Virus record (IMG/VR): IMGVR_UViG_3300010219_000015
Coordinates: 1-5,065 of that record
DNA: 5,065 nt
Reading direction: 5' to 3' (one strand)
DNA from: a virus
In this document: positions 4,901 through 5,065 of the stretch, piece after piece
Position numbering within the stretch: position 1 is the first letter of the stretch
How the letters are laid out: every line of letters begins with the position of its first letter
Program-made: the position numbers and the translations under genes
The notes under the pieces: model-generated
What the model was told of the DNA's origin: nothing
Databases searched by the model: none
Seen by the model: only the letters and a program-made list of their open reading frames with translations

Positions 4901-4921
4901 TCTATAGCAGGAGTCGTGCCA
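4901..4921 (-). promoter_or_regulatory. Candidate promoter for the ORF68-led transcript: a sigma-54-like -24/-12 element overlapping an extended -10-like TGCTATAGA
   Basis: The minus strand 4921..4906 reads TGGCACGACTCCTGCT, against the sigma-54 consensus TGGCACG-N4-TTGCW. The GG and GC are at the exact consensus spacing, with one mismatch (C for the first T of TTGC). The same bases give TG-n-TATAGA (4909..4901), an extended -10-like sigma-70 element with a poor -35. It lies about 45-65 nt upstream of the ORF68 ATG, in the only large non-coding region. Confidence 0.3.
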
Positions 4922-5010
4922 TGAGTTGCGTTTGTGTGTTGCGGTCTAACGCTGGCACGTTTCTTGGGTTTGTGGCTTGTGTGCCACATTGTGTTGCGTG
5001 TGTGTGCTAC

Positions 5011-5065
5011 ACCCATTCCTGAGATGCGCGGGCCGCAGGCCGGTTGAGCTGCGCTGCGGCTCGCG
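5011..5065. repeat. Terminal direct repeat, copy 2 (identical to 1..55)
   Basis: Same 55-mer as 1..55. Confidence 0.95.

Larger units (their letters stand above)
1..5010 (-). other. Complete circular Microviridae (gokushovirus-like) genome unit of 5,010 nt; the coding sense is the minus strand of the window
   Basis: An exact 55-nt terminal overlap closes the circle. The full VP4-VP5-VP1-VP2-VP3 gene set sits on one strand. The size is typical of the family. Confidence 0.9.

Noticed and set aside
4858-5016. ATG at 5014..5016 giving the 121-aa version of ORF68
   Set aside because: The extra 53 residues are T/H/R/N-rich low-complexity sequence with no SD. They would consume the only promoter-sized non-coding region. 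The internal ATG has AGGAGG-N6.
78-5022. All plus-strand ORFs in the track (for example 414..1046 210 aa, 533..886, 78..344, 2882..3166, 3340..3777, 3928..4239, 4579..5022 147 aa, 4586..4924)
   Set aside because: The plus strand is A-poor, so the stop codons TAA, TAG and TGA are rare and long open frames arise by chance. Their translations are low-complexity L/F/C/V/R-rich with no recognisable motif. They lie antisense to well-supported genes. All recognisable phage genes are on the other strand.
1-5065. Terminal 55-nt repeats as att/LTR-type ends, and a search for lysogeny signals (integrase, dif-like XerCD site), tRNA, rRNA or CRISPR arrays
   Set aside because: The repeat is direct, exact and located at the window ends, as expected from a circular assembly. 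I found no integrase-like ORF, no sequence resembling the dif core, no tRNA-like cloverleaf and no repeat-spacer array.

Overview
This window holds one complete circular ssDNA phage genome of the family Microviridae with gokushovirus-type gene content. It is given as the reverse complement of the mRNA-sense strand. Bases 1..55 recur exactly at 5011..5065, so the unit is 5,010 nt and the ends are an assembly overlap of a circle. All supportable genes are on the minus strand. In descending coordinates the order is: orphan ORF68 (4651..4857), orphan ORF64 (4454..4648), an intergenic hairpin plus AT tract, a 36-aa arginine-rich J/ORF8-like peptide (4251..4361, too short for the supplied ORF track), VP4 replication initiator (GTG start), a VP5-like protein, a candidate overprinted 89-94 aa ORF, VP1 major capsid, VP2 pilot protein and VP3 internal scaffold. 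A structured non-coding region of about 250 nt then crosses the circular junction. Almost every gene junction is a stop/start coupling with the next Shine-Dalgarno sequence buried in the preceding ORF. The coding strand is strikingly T-poor, and T-ending codons are nearly absent. This explains the many long spurious ORFs in the six-frame track and gives a usable coding test. The points most worth follow-up are: (1) the coupled pair of small helical orphan genes, whose third-codon-position composition differs from the core genes; (2) an overprinted ORF ending in a basic cluster plus hydrophobic helix, a candidate membrane or lysis protein; (3) the stem-loop-rich non-coding region, a candidate origin or terminator, with a sigma-54-like/extended -10 element. 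No database search was possible, so all family assignments rest on motif recognition from memory.
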